The position numbers were made by a program, and so were the translations under genes. Below are positions 8,445 through 16,666 of a DNA stretch of 64,000 nucleotides, one piece after another (position 1 is the stretch's first letter; each line of letters begins with the position of its first letter). The notes under the pieces were generated by a model, which saw only the letters and a program-made list of their open reading frames with translations, was not told the DNA's origin and did not search any database. The DNA is from Syntrophorhabdales bacterium (GTDB taxonomy: Bacteria > Desulfobacterota > Syntrophorhabdia > Syntrophorhabdales > WCHB1-27): NCBI GenBank assembly GCA_035315185.1, contig DATFYE010000002.1, positions 11,249-75,248 of the forward strand, read 5' to 3'.

Positions 8445-9815
8445 ATGCCGTCAGGAAAGATCCTGGTTGTGGATGACGATCGGAACCTTGTTGCGCTGAT
8501 TCAGATGAGGCTCGAAGCAGCGGGATATGAGGTTATTGCAGCCTTTGATGAGCTTGAGGCAGTCGAACGGGCGAAAGAGCAGGTCCTGGATCTCTCCATC
8601 GTTGATCTTCAGCTTGTACAGAAGGATGGCATCTCATTAATGGAGGACCTGCATCGGATCACTCCCCAGATGCCGGTGATCATCCTCACCGCTTACGGAA
8701 GCATCGAAAGCGCCGTGGAGGCAATGAAACGGGGCGCGTATAGCTATGTTACCAAGCCGTTTGAACCGCAAGACCTTCTCTTCCAAATCGAGAAGTCCTT
8801 GGAGAATTCCCGGCTCTCCTCCGAAATCGAACGACTGCAGGGGCTTTTGGAAGAAAAATATAGCTTTTCCGGTATCATAACCAGAAGCAGCAAAATGCGG
8901 AAGGTCATGGAAGCAGTTTCCCGCGTGGCCCGAGCAGAATCCACGGTCCTGCTTCTCGGAGAAAGCGGTACAGGAAAGGATTTGATTGCCAAGGCGATCC
9001 ATCTGGCCAGCGCCAGAAAAGGAAACCCCTTCGTTGCCGTCAACTGTGCCGCATTGCCGGAACCGTTATTGGAGAGCAGCCTTTTCGGACACGAAAGGGG
9101 GGCATTTACCGGCGCCATCCGGAGCGCAAAGGGCCTGTTCCTGCAGGCTCACCAAGGAACCATTTTTTTGGACGAAATTGCAGATATGCCCTTATCGCTT
9201 CAAGGGAAGGTCCTGCGCGTGCTTCAGGAGAAACATTTCTACCCTGTGGGCAGTGAGAAACTGACCGAAGTTGATGTGAGGATCATTGCCGCCACCAATA
9301 AGAATCTTGAAGAGCAGGTGAAGCAGGGGCTCTTCCGGGAAGACCTTTACTACAGGGTTCATGTCATTCCCATCTATTTACCTTCACTCAGGGAAAGAAA
9401 AGAAGACATCCCGCCCCTAGTCGACCATTTCTTAGGGATCTTCAGCCAGCAGACAAAAAAAGCCCTCAAAGGAGTTACCCCCGAAGCCATGCAAAAGCTC
9501 ATGCTCTACGATTGGCCGGGAAACGTGCGGGAGCTGGAGAATGTAATCGAATATTCCGTGGCCATGAGTGACAAGGATTTTATCACAGAGGATCTGATTC
9601 TCAGAACAAGGGGGGGGGCCGTAACGCAGACGCATGTACAGCCCCTGAAAAAAGCCAGAGATGCCTTTGAGAAGAGCTATCTCATCTACCTTCTCGAACT
9701 CTCCAAGGGGAAGGTCACTGAAGCAGCACGACTCGCCGGCAAATACAGGGCAGACCTCTACCTTCTTCTGAAGAAGCATAATCTGAATCCCGACAATTTC
9801 AAAAAAACGCCATAA
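8445..9815 (+). CDS. Sigma-54-dependent response regulator (REC, AAA+, Fis-type HTH; NtrC family)
   Basis: 456 aa. REC domain (ILVVDDD...DLQL), Walker A GESGTGKDL, GAFTGA loop, ESSLFGHERGAFTGA, C-terminal HTH (KVTEAARLAGKYRADLYLLLKKH). Confidence 0.9.
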   Translation: MPSGKILVVDDDRNLVALIQMRLEAAGYEVIAAFDELEAVERAKEQVLDLSIVDLQLVQKDGISLMEDLHRITPQMPVIILTAYGSIESAVEAMKRGAYSYVTKPFEPQDLLFQIEKSLENSRLSSEIERLQGLLEEKYSFSGIITRSSKMRKVMEAVSRVARAESTVLLLGESGTGKDLIAKAIHLASARKGNPFVAVNCAALPEPLLESSLFGHERGAFTGAIRSAKGLFLQAHQGTIFLDEIADMPLSLQGKVLRVLQEKHFYPVGSEKLTEVDVRIIAATNKNLEEQVKQGLFREDLYYRVHVIPIYLPSLRERKEDIPPLVDHFLGIFSQQTKKALKGVTPEAMQKLMLYDWPGNVRELENVIEYSVAMSDKDFITEDLILRTRGGAVTQTHVQPLKKARDAFEKSYLIYLLELSKGKVTEAARLAGKYRADLYLLLKKHNLNPDNFKKTP

Positions 9816-10079
9816 CGTGTAGGGAATTTCTGCACTCTTTCCTGCTGATCTGTAGGGAAACCCATTCGTTTTTTGTTTCGTAACTGAGGGCGACGGCGTG
9901 ATCTGCCTTACTGGTGAGCCTTTAGTGGTTGAGGCCCTATTAGGCATAACCCCTGCAGGTAGCTGCCATGAGAATTCAAGGTTGATTAGATCGAGAAACG
10001 GAAACGACCTACGGCATCAGCAATCAACTGTTCACCAGACCTAGGCCATATGGTTTAATACCAAAGACCTAATTCTTGA

Positions 10080-10110
10080 TTGACAAGATGGAGCACGGAG
10101 GCGGTATAAT
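10080..10110 (+). promoter_or_regulatory. Sigma-70 promoter candidate with consensus hexamers
   Basis: TTGACA (10080-10085) and TATAAT (10105-10110), both perfect, but with a long 19-nt spacer. About 90 nt upstream of the hybrid kinase start. Confidence 0.4.
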
Positions 10111-10155
10111 GGTAAGACAGCGTATTAAGGATAAATACACACTTCACCATAAAGG

Positions 10156-10174
10156 GTGACCGCGCCGCGGTCAC
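10156..10174. promoter_or_regulatory. 19-bp GC-rich perfect palindrome in the hybrid-kinase leader (operator or RNA hairpin)
   Basis: GTGACCGCG-C-CGCGGTCAC, 9-bp arms, between the candidate promoter and the start codon. Confidence 0.3.
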
Positions 10175-10198
10175 GCCGGGGTAGTCCCCGTTACAGCA

Positions 10199-12769
10199 GT
10201 GCACGGTATGCTTATGATCCGCATCTTTCCCAGGAAATTTGGCTCTCGCCTCCTCCTGATGACCCTCTTCACCGGGCTGATCCCCGTCGTCATTTTCAAC
10301 CTCTTGATCCAAACATCCGGTGACCACTTCAAGAACGAAATCAACCAGACGGTCCAGTCAGGGCGTGACCAGGAGTGGAGGCGGAGTGAGGCCCTTCTCA
10401 GGTTACAGGGAGAGGAACAGATCCGCGCAAAAGCAATGGACGTGGCCGTGCAGCTCAACCTCGTGCTCCGGAGTGTACCTTGGATGACGTTGCAAGACCT
10501 CCGGAAGGATAGAAAGTTCCACGAAGTCGCTGTCCAACATGTGGGGCGGACAGGGTACACAACGCTCTACGAGACAAGAACTGGTATCAGCCGTTTTCAT
10601 CGGGACCGGAAGTACGAGAACGTGAACCTCCGCCGGTTCTCAAAGAGCCTCCCGGCATTCTGGGCAATAGTGAGGAAAAGCCTCAAAGGCAACATCGCCA
10701 GCGGGTATTACGATTGGAAAGAGCCGGACGGGAGCGTTCGCCAGAAGTACATGTATGCGATTCCTCTCTCGGTGCGAACTGATGATGGTGTTCGTCTGAC
10801 CGTCGCGGCAACTGCGTACGTGGATGAATTCACGCAGGCCATCCGTGAGGCTGAAGGTATGCATCGCGATACGACGCGGCTTCTCATGAGTACGGTTAGC
10901 ACCTCCATACAGGCCTTCCGGAAGACGGGCCTGGTCGGTATGGGTCTTGGAATCGTCGTCGCATCCTTCCTTGCTCTCTGCGTGGGCAGCTACTTCTCCA
11001 AGACTATCGGTCGCCTCCGGGATGCGACGAGTCGGATCAACGCTGGTGATTACGCCGTCAGGGTGCGTTCAACGATGTCAGGAGAGATGGGGACGCTTGT
11101 TGCTGACTTCAACACCATGGTGGCTCAACTGGAAGCAACAACGGTATCAAAACAGCGTCTGGAGGAGAGCGAAGAAAAGCTCAGGCAGACCAATGCAGAA
11201 CTGGAGCAGCGCGTCACGGAGAGAACTGTCAAACTTAGCGAAAGTGAGCAGAGGTATCGGGAGCTGGTAGAACTGCTACCGGAAGTGGTTTTCGAGACGG
11301 ACCTAGATGAACTCTACACGTACGCGAACCGGCAAGCCCTGGAAATGTTCGGGTATACCGCTGAAGAGCTCCGCGCAGGCATCCACATAGAGGATGTGGT
11401 GCCTCCGAGAGATTACACGAGGATTACAGAGAATGCACGAAGGATATTGGACGGTGAGGTGCGTCATGGAGATGAGTACACGGTGAGACGAAAGGACGGG
11501 AGTGAGTTTCCCGTCTTCATTCGGGCAACTAGAATCGAGCAGGATGGCAAGATTGTCGGTTTACGGGGCATTGCCATTGACTTGACGGAATCGAGAAAGG
11601 CAGAGGCAGCGAGATTGCGTTTGGAGGAACACGTCAGGCACGCCCAGAAGATGGAAGCAATGGGCACGCTGGCGGGCGGTATTGCTCATGATTTCAACAA
11701 TATCCTTGCAGCCATGCTCGGCAACGCAGAACTTGCTCTGGATGATATCCCCAACGATTCAGCCGCTCACCGTAGTGTGGGGCAGGTGGTTAAAACAGGG
11801 TTACGAGGAAGGGACCTCGTGAGGCAGATCCTCGCCTTCAGCCGCAGGTCCGAAGGCAATTACACGCCAGTAACATTGGGGCAGCTCGTGAGGGAAACGT
11901 TCACGATGCTCAAAGCTTCGCTGCCAAGCAGCGTCATGATGCACCTTGACGTCGCCGTTGAGAACGATACGATTTCTGCCGACCCGTCGCAGATGCAGCA
12001 AGTGCTCATCAATCTTTGTACCAACGCGGCATACGCCATGCGGGAGACAGGGGGGAAGCTTGAGGTTTCTCTCCGGAACATTACCCTGAGCGCAGAAGAT
12101 TTTCTGCCTGAAACAGACATGTCCCCCGGCGACTACGTGGTAATGACGGTACGGGACACAGGATGCGGCATGGACGATACAGTTAAGGCGCGCATATTTG
12201 AGCCCTTCTTCACTACCAAGCCGCCTGAAGAAGGGACCGGGCTTGGACTTTCAGTCGTCTACGGGATTGTGAAAAGCCACAAGGGGCGTATCGTCGTTTT
12301 CAGCGAGCCGGGCAAGGGCTCGGTCTTCAGGGTTTTCCTCCCGCAAGTGAGGCCGTCGGGCTCACTCGGGCAAGAAGCCGCTGAGCCTGTGCCCCACGGG
12401 ACTGAGCGCATCCTGTTCGTTGACGACGACGAAGCCTTGGTTGAGACGGGAAGGACCGCAATGGAACGTCTCGGGTATAGCGTGGCCGCTTATGCCGATG
12501 CGGCCCAAGCGCTCCAAGAATTCGCAGATCATCCTGATCAGTATGATTTGGTTATTACTGACCAGACGATGCCTAAGATGACCGGCCTCACTCTCGCCGA
12601 GAGGCTCTTGGACATACGGTCCGATATTCCAATCATACTCTGCACCGGCCACAGTGAGACCGCATCACCCCAGAAGGCGAAAGAAGTCGGCATCCGTGCG
12701 TTCGTGATGAAACCTGTGATGAAGAAGGAGCTGGCAGAAACGTTGCGGCGGGTATTGGACAACCGTTAG
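10199..12769 (+). CDS. Hybrid sensor histidine kinase (Cache-like periplasmic region, HAMP, PAS, HisKA, HATPase_c, C-terminal REC)
   Basis: 856 aa. TM segments, coiled coil, PAS ([16 protein letters not shown]...), H-box [10 protein letters not shown], ATPase boxes ([16 protein letters not shown]), REC ([10 protein letters not shown]...[12 protein letters not shown]). Confidence 0.9.
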   Translation: MHGMLMIRIFPRKFGSRLLLMTLFTGLIPVVIFNLLIQTSGDHFKNEINQTVQSGRDQEWRRSEALLRLQGEEQIRAKAMDVAVQLNLVLRSVPWMTLQDLRKDRKFHEVAVQHVGRTGYTTLYETRTGISRFHRDRKYENVNLRRFSKSLPAFWAIVRKSLKGNIASGYYDWKEPDGSVRQKYMYAIPLSVRTDDGVRLTVAATAYVDEFTQAIREAEGMHRDTTRLLMSTVSTSIQAFRKTGLVGMGLGIVVASFLALCVGSYFSKTIGRLRDATSRINAGDYAVRVRSTMSGEMGTLVADFNTMVAQLEATTVSKQRLEESEEKLRQTNAELEQRVTERTVKLSESEQRYRELVELLPEVVFETDLDELYTYANRQALEMFGYTAEELRAGIHIEDVVPPRDYTRITENARRILDGEVRHGDEYTVRRKDGSEFPVFIRATRIEQDGKIVGLRGIAIDLTESRKAEAARLRLEEHVRHAQKMEAMGTLAGGIAHDFNNILAAMLGNAELALDDIPNDSAAHRSVGQVVKTGLRGRDLVRQILAFSRRSEGNYTPVTLGQLVRETFTMLKASLPSSVMMHLDVAVENDTISADPSQMQQVLINLCTNAAYAMRETGGKLEVSLRNITLSAEDFLPETDMSPGDYVVMTVRDTGCGMDDTVKARIFEPFFTTKPPEEGTGLGLSVVYGIVKSHKGRIVVFSEPGKGSVFRVFLPQVRPSGSLGQEAAEPVPHGTERILFVDDDEALVETGRTAMERLGYSVAAYADAAQALQEFADHPDQYDLVITDQTMPKMTGLTLAERLLDIRSDIPIILCTGHSETASPQKAKEVGIRAFVMKPVMKKELAETLRRVLDNR

Positions 12770-12785
12770 TGCTCTCTCTGCTGCA

Positions 12786-13289
12786 TCACTTTATTCTCCA
12801 GACATCCACCGTCCCGGAAACACCGTCCACCTTCAATTTCCAGCCACTTTTCGACAAGTAGATCAAAACCTCCGGCCGGTATGCGTGCTGATAGTGGTAA
12901 GCGTAGACTGATTGCTGCCAGACCTGACCATTAGCGAGTCGGAAAACCGTTTTGCCGTCCCAGCCATTAAAGGCTCCGTCTATATAGCTTTCAACAAAGG
13001 CGAACACCCTTCGCACACGCACGCTACCAACGCCGCTAACCTCCATCAGGTGCGTATCACCCGCCTCCGTAATCTTGACGTTCGGGCGGTAAGCAAAGTG
13101 GTAGGTACGCGCAGGGGCATCCTGTTCCCACACCTGTCCGTTTGCGAGTTTGAATACCGTACTCCCGCTCCATCCGAAAAACGGGCCATCGATGTTAGTC
13201 CCTGTGACGCGTGAATCATCCTTTACGAACGTACCTTGTGTTTCCATCACGCAGCCCAAAGCCTCCCTTCCGGATTTATTACCGATCAT
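12786..13289 (-). CDS. Hypothetical protein built from two tandem ~70-aa repeats
   Basis: 167 aa. Internal duplication GWSGSTVFKLANGQVWEQD...YHFAYRPNVKI / GWDGKTVFRLANGQVWQQS...YQHAYRPEVLI. Family not recognised. Confidence 0.6.
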   Translation of the reverse strand: MIGNKSGREALGCVMETQGTFVKDDSRVTGTNIDGPFFGWSGSTVFKLANGQVWEQDAPARTYHFAYRPNVKITEAGDTHLMEVSGVGSVRVRRVFAFVESYIDGAFNGWDGKTVFRLANGQVWQQSVYAYHYQHAYRPEVLIYLSKSGWKLKVDGVSGTVDVWRIK

Positions 13290-13361
13290 CCAGCTGTCAA
13301 GCTCTTCCGAGTCAGCTTGACACTTTACATCCCGAGGTACGTACCCGAAAGCAAATCGGTG

Positions 13362-13499
13362 TTACCTCGCCACCAGCCGCATCAGACTCGTTGGGCCGTT
13401 GATCATGAGCCGGCTGATAGTATCGTGGCCGAAATAGTACGCCAAGGCAATGAGCACCGTCGTTGCAGCCAGTGTCAGGTTAAATAAGTAATCCTTCAT
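13362..13499 (-). CDS. Possible 45-aa membrane micro-protein
   Basis: Own translation: MKDYLFNLTLAATTVLIALAYYFGHDTISRLMINGPTSLMRLVAR. SD GGAGG 6 nt upstream of the ATG, hydrophobic N-terminal half. Below the track size cutoff. Confidence 0.3.
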   Translation of the reverse strand: MKDYLFNLTLAATTVLIALAYYFGHDTISRLMINGPTSLMRLVAR

Positions 13500-13600
13500 C
13501 TTCTTCCTCCATCACTGGGACTTGCGTCGCCCCCTCCACCGGCAAAGCCCCACCCGCAAGCGGGTACCCGCTGGCCTCCCCCTCTCACTCGCCGTGCTCG
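13490..13600. repeat. Degenerate or partial member (copy D) of the intergenic repeat family
   Basis: The 24-nt GCCCCACCCGCAAGCGGGTACCCG (13547-13570) is identical to copy A at 23942-23965. Flanks (CTTGCGTCGCCCCCTCC, CTCTCACTCGCCG) resemble reverse-complemented family blocks. Confidence 0.35.
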
Positions 13601-13603
13601 CTA

Positions 13604-13831
13604 CTATTTCCGGCCGTGGAGCGCCAGCAGCAATCTTTCCAGATAAGGATCGCGGTCCTGAACAGCAATAAACGTTTCCTTTCCTGAGTGCGACAGAAAA
13701 CGTTTCAGCGTTCCGTCTAAAAAGTCGAGCGATGAGGCAATAATCCTGTGGAGACTCTTCACCACTGCCTGTTTCAAGGGCTTCTCATGCCCATCGAGAG
13801 GCATAAGTACCTCAGAATCCTTTCTGCTCAC
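13604..13831 (-). CDS. Hypothetical 75-aa protein, second gene of a translationally coupled pair
   Basis: Track ORF. The start overlaps the stop of the upstream 65-aa ORF by 4 nt (ATGA). No recognised motif. Confidence 0.4.
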   Translation of the reverse strand: MSRKDSEVLMPLDGHEKPLKQAVVKSLHRIIASSLDFLDGTLKRFLSHSGKETFIAVQDRDPYLERLLLALHGRK

Positions 13832-14025
13832 GGTAACGGCGGACCATCACGGAACATACCCACGGAAGAACCTTTCGTCAATGAATCCATAGCCCGGGCA
13901 AACAGAGGCATGCAAACCGAAAGCACCCTATGAAGAGCATGGAAGACCTGTACATCGGTGACCGGCTCAAGTGTGCTTCGCTGCGATCCAGCCGGAAACG
14001 TCTGCTGCGAGATTCTAGGGGTCAT
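13828..14025 (-). CDS. Hypothetical 65-aa protein, first gene of a coupled pair
   Basis: Track ORF. Strong SD GAGGAGG 5 nt upstream of ATG 14025. The 10-bp palindrome TCCTATAGGA (14045-14054) lies just upstream. Confidence 0.4.
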   Translation of the reverse strand: MTPRISQQTFPAGSQRSTLEPVTDVQVFHALHRVLSVCMPLFARAMDSLTKGSSVGMFRDGPPLP

Positions 14026-14509
14026 GCTATCCTCCTCAGTGGAATCCTATAGGAGATACAAGTTGCGTGCCGCATGCCTTTCCTCCCGATCGATTGGTCT
14101 TATTCCCGCGCTGGGAGGGCGTTCAGGCTGAAAGAGTAAGGCCCGTCGCAACTCGGTAATTGTCCTGCGCCGCAGGATTTCGTCCTGGCTGCAGGACTCC
14201 TTGCCTGAGGGTAAATACAACAGCACGATGTACGCCGAAAAGGCTCGATACCTAAGTCGGTGCGTACTTGCTGAAACATTCACACTGGGGTGAGGAGTCC
14301 GATGTTTCACTTGCCGCAATGATTTGAGATGGTGATGAATAACTACTTGGCTCATAGCCGGGACAAGTAGGTCCGATGAACGATGCAATCAACATGGAGA
14401 TGCTGTGAAAGTGGCTTAGAGCGGAAATATGCAGAATTATTTCTGTATAATTACTTATTATGCCGTTATGCTATAGCCATCAATACCAAGAAGATAGAGG
14501 GAGGTTCTT

Positions 14510-15451
14510 ATGCGGGTTGCAATCTTTGGCACAGGGGGTGCCGGCGGTTACTTTGGTGCACAACTGGCCCGCGCTGGAGAGGATGTAATCTTCATCGCGC
14601 GCGGCAAGCATTTACAGGCGATGCAGACGCAGGGTCTTCGAGTGGAAACCTCCAGGGGCGAGATTGTCATTCAGCCCGCGCAAGCATCAGATGACCCTGC
14701 ACAAGTGGGTACGGTTGATTCAGTGATCGTCGGGGTGAAGACGTGGCAAGTGATAGAAGCGGCACGAGCCATGCGGCCGATGATTGGGCCAGAGACTTTC
14801 GTGGTGCCGCTACAGAACGGCGTCGAGGCACCTTCGCAACTGGCGGAAGCGTTGGGAGTGGAGCACGTTTTGGGCGGCTTGTGCGGGACGCTGAGCTGGA
14901 TCGTTGGGCCGGGCCATATTCGCAGCATCGGCGAAGCGCATTTCATCAAGTTCGGGGAACTGGACAAGCGACCAAGTGAACGAGCCGAGCGCCTTCGACA
15001 AGTCTTTGAGCGAGCCGGGGTGAAGGTCGAAGTCCCTTCAGACATTCACGTGTCATTATGGGAAAAGTTCCTGTTTGTAGTCTCTTTCGGGGGAGTGGGT
15101 GCGGTAACGCGGGCGCCGATCGGGGTAATCAGCACCCTCCCTGAGACGCGACAGTTACTGGAGCAGTGCCTGCGTGAAATCTTCGCAGTGGCGCGCGCCC
15201 GTCACGTTGCGCTTTCAGACGGAAGCGTCGAGAAGTCAATGGCGTTTCTGGATTCTCTTGCACCCAGCGGGACAACGTCGCTGCAAAGGGATATCATTGA
15301 CGGCAAGCCTTCCGAACTCGAGGCTTGGAATGGGGCAGTAGTGCGTCTGGGCCGGGAAGCCGGCCTGGATACACCGCTTCATGAGTTTATCTATCGTAGT
15401 CTATTGCCGCTGGAGTTGCGGGCGCGCGGCAAACTACAGTTTCCTGCGTGA
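14510..15451 (+). CDS. panE: 2-dehydropantoate 2-reductase (ketopantoate reductase, ApbA/PanE) family
   Basis: 313 aa. N-terminal Rossmann motif MRVAIFGTGGAGGYFGAQLARAG and family-typical length. SD GAGGGAGG upstream. Confidence 0.75.
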   Translation: MRVAIFGTGGAGGYFGAQLARAGEDVIFIARGKHLQAMQTQGLRVETSRGEIVIQPAQASDDPAQVGTVDSVIVGVKTWQVIEAARAMRPMIGPETFVVPLQNGVEAPSQLAEALGVEHVLGGLCGTLSWIVGPGHIRSIGEAHFIKFGELDKRPSERAERLRQVFERAGVKVEVPSDIHVSLWEKFLFVVSFGGVGAVTRAPIGVISTLPETRQLLEQCLREIFAVARARHVALSDGSVEKSMAFLDSLAPSGTTSLQRDIIDGKPSELEAWNGAVVRLGREAGLDTPLHEFIYRSLLPLELRARGKLQFPA

Positions 15452-15463
15452 TGGAGTGCGATA

Positions 15464-16381
15464 ATGAGACGTGATGTTACTGCAAACTGTGGAGCGTTCA
15501 TCGCGGCAATTCTCTTTGGCGCCTCGGTTGTTGCCGTCCGGGTTGCCGTTCGAGACATCCCGCCTTTGACGTTGGCAATTTTACGATTCGGACAGGGAGG
15601 TCTCCTCTTACTGCTCTTGCTGCTCATCCGGGCACGGGACTTTTTACGCATTAAGGGGCGCGATGTTCCCTACCTTCTCCTTCTCGGAGCCATTTTTTTT
15701 ACGATCTTCCCGGTAACCTTCAACATGAGCCTCCGTCTGACCGAGGCATCGCGCGGCGCATTGATGCTGGCGACAATGCCACTATGGAGCGTGCTGCTTG
15801 CCCGCGCAGCCAAAAAGGAACGGCTCAGCACGCGCCAAATGTGCGGCGTCTTGCTGACCTTCGCAGGCGTAGGGATTGTGCTTGCCGAGCGCGGCTTGAC
15901 CTTCGGTGGCACAAGGTTATCGCTTGCAGGAGATGCCCTTATGCTGGTGACCGCGCTCTGCGGCGCAGTGTATGGGGTTTTGGCAAAGCGTATGCTAACT
16001 CGCTACAACGCACTGACCGTAACAGCTTACACGATGATGTTTGGCACACTCCTGCTTGTGCCGGCCGGTTTTTTCGAAGATCCTTCCTCTGCAATGGCCC
16101 GGATGCGTGCTGACACGCTTATGCTCGTATTGTTCCTTGGAATATTCGGCGGAGCCGTTGGTTATTTTCTGTGGACATTTGCCCTGACGCGGCTATCTCC
16201 GACGCAGGTTGCGGTCTATGTAAATCTGAACCCGATGGTAGCGACCCTCTTGGGCGCAACACTTCTGGCGGAAAAATTAACTGGCACCTTCATCGCTGGC
16301 TTCGTGGCAGTCTTGGGAGGAGTATTACTTGTAAATTTGCGCGGCAGAAGCCAGGTAGAGAGACATCAGATGACAAATTGA
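15464..16381 (+). CDS. EamA/DMT-family transporter
   Basis: 305 aa, about 10 hydrophobic segments in two halves. Typical EamA composition (LLWGASVVAVR-like N-terminus, ALTRLSPTQVAVYVNLNP). Confidence 0.8.
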   Translation: MRRDVTANCGAFIAAILFGASVVAVRVAVRDIPPLTLAILRFGQGGLLLLLLLLIRARDFLRIKGRDVPYLLLLGAIFFTIFPVTFNMSLRLTEASRGALMLATMPLWSVLLARAAKKERLSTRQMCGVLLTFAGVGIVLAERGLTFGGTRLSLAGDALMLVTALCGAVYGVLAKRMLTRYNALTVTAYTMMFGTLLLVPAGFFEDPSSAMARMRADTLMLVLFLGIFGGAVGYFLWTFALTRLSPTQVAVYVNLNPMVATLLGATLLAEKLTGTFIAGFVAVLGGVLLVNLRGRSQVERHQMTN

Positions 16382-16666
16382 AACGTGGCATAAACAGGTT
16401 GCCTGTTCCAACCGTAATCTTCACTTTTTCCGAGAACTCGAAAATGCACGAATCGTAGGTGCATTTCTCGCCCATAGCGGCCTCTGGCATTTTTCTTTCT
16501 TGTCCACGCCTCATCTTATTCGTGGTATGTGTTTTCGTAACAGGCGAGTTGCGCCGCTTGCGGGTGTTGGATATTGCAGAGAGGAGGCTCACGATCCAGG
16601 AACCGATGACCCCTTCACTATCTTGAACCTCATATAACACAGTTTTGAGGATGAGCGATTTATACT

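Noticed and set aside
14047-14388. 113-aa minus-strand ORF (MHRSSDLLVPAMSQVVIHHHLKSLRQVKHRTPHPS...).
   Set aside because: Arg/His/Ser-rich low-complexity composition, no SD and no motif. It overlaps hairpin-rich DNA and is treated as non-coding.
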